DNA of 62,784 nucleotides, filler included, from Rhabdomonas costata (Eukaryota): NCBI GenBank assembly GCA_019059605.1. It is 35 parts of 35 records of this genome, joined end to end, with 100 filler letters (N's around TTAATTAATTAA, not from the genome) between each part and the next. Parts side by side here need not be neighbours in the genome. Positions count along the whole stretch, not along the records: positions 61,089 to 62,784 come from JAHMHO010010520.1; 34 more parts are not named here. One strand, 5' to 3'. Shown piece by piece: positions 62,022 to 62,784 of this stretch (position 1 is its first letter; each line of letters starts with the position of its first letter). The notes under the pieces were generated by a model. It saw only the letters and a program-made list of their open reading frames with translations, ran no database searches and was not told where the DNA came from. The position numbers and the translations under genes were made by a program.

Positions 62022-62784
62022 GTGCGAACTTTGACACATGCATGCCTTGCAGGCGGTCGTTGCCCACCAGCTGTTGTTCTGTTTTTGCTTGTTAAGAGGG
62101 AGGGGTTGGGTATTGGGGTTGGGGTTAATGGCTGAACAGTGCTCCTCTTGTTTTTACGCAATTCTTTTGTGAAGGTGGTGTTTTTCTTCGGGGTCAGAAC
62201 GATTGGTTTTGCCATTCGGTTGTCGAGGGGGCTTTCTCCGACGCAGCTCGCAGCTATAGCGTCCCAATGACCGTTCACTGTTCAAAGGAAAACCGAAACG
62301 CCCCAAACATGGTTGTCGAGGCCTTTCTTTAGAATGGTTCACGTCACCTGCAGGACCGGAGAAGTAAACAAAACTGGTACTTTTCTTTCTGGTCGAAAAC
62401 TCTCATCCTCTGCTCGCATGTGGACCAAAAAGATTTGCGTTTAACACCGATTCTGCAAGCGACCACCTGCTGTGCAGGGTCGCTGCCGGTTTTTCTTCGT
62501 CCCTGTAATTTCTTTTCTTAACTTTTTGCCGTGTTGTCGTCTCTCCAAGTTATTTCGCCGGTTATGGGGGTTGTATTTTTTCAGGGGGGCGGGGGCCTGC
62601 AACATTTGTTCTGCTAAGTATTTTTTTCTCCTGTGGCTACCCAACGCCAGCCCAGCTCACAGGCCCCAGGGAGCATTGCGTTGCCACAGGAGACCCCGCC
62701 CGAAGGAATGCAAGCGCTCGGGCCCTGCTGAGTGTTTCATAAGCCACTGTGTGTACGTGTGATCGAGGGATCAACCAAAAAACA

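Noticed and set aside
1-62784. Gene cluster or operon linking the glycosyltransferases, transporters, ART and HMCES
   Set aside because: Each gene lies on a separate contig; adjacency reflects length sorting, not genome position.
1-62784. Uniform 1.7-kb units as nanochromosomes or minicircles
   Set aside because: Genes are truncated mid-exon or mid-intron at the ends, there is no shared terminal repeat or conserved region, and end polarity is opposite to telomeres.
1-62784. rRNA, tRNA, snRNA or spliced-leader RNA genes
   Set aside because: None recognised by eye; a covariance-model scan (Infernal/Rfam, tRNAscan-SE) would be needed to exclude them.

Overview
This window is not one locus. It is 35 unrelated contigs of about 1.7 kb each, joined by an artificial 100-nt spacer (44 N + TTAATTAATTAA + 44 N), so no synteny can be read across spacers. 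The DNA is from an intron-rich eukaryote, so the supplied ORF track is mostly noise; I rebuilt exons by hand using GT-AG boundaries and phase. A euglenozoan, probably a euglenid, is inferred from the GTNYG-type 5' splice sites, a TTAGGG tract and the IleRS wording. Recognisable gene fragments: GT77-type and GT92-type glycosyltransferases, a BK/Slo-like RCK domain, a BEACH-family protein, cyclin L, a plant/green-algal STP/HUP hexose symporter, NDUFS6, cytosolic IleRS, a COPI-associated/TVP15-like protein, a MATE transporter, HMCES/SRAP, ZMAT2/Snu23, sulfite oxidase, a SPRY-like domain and an M16 peptidase. There are also retroelement remnants. Best leads: (1) a spliced R-S-E-clade mono-ADP-ribosyltransferase fused to ankyrin repeats; (2) a Ty3/gypsy-like gag ending in a candidate -1 frameshift site with an H-type pseudoknot; (3) near-universal pyrimidine at +4 of splice donors; (4) a green-lineage-type sugar symporter. 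G/T-only contig starts, A/C-only ends and terminal fold-backs are best read as whole-genome-amplification artefacts. All product calls come from motif recognition, not database searches.
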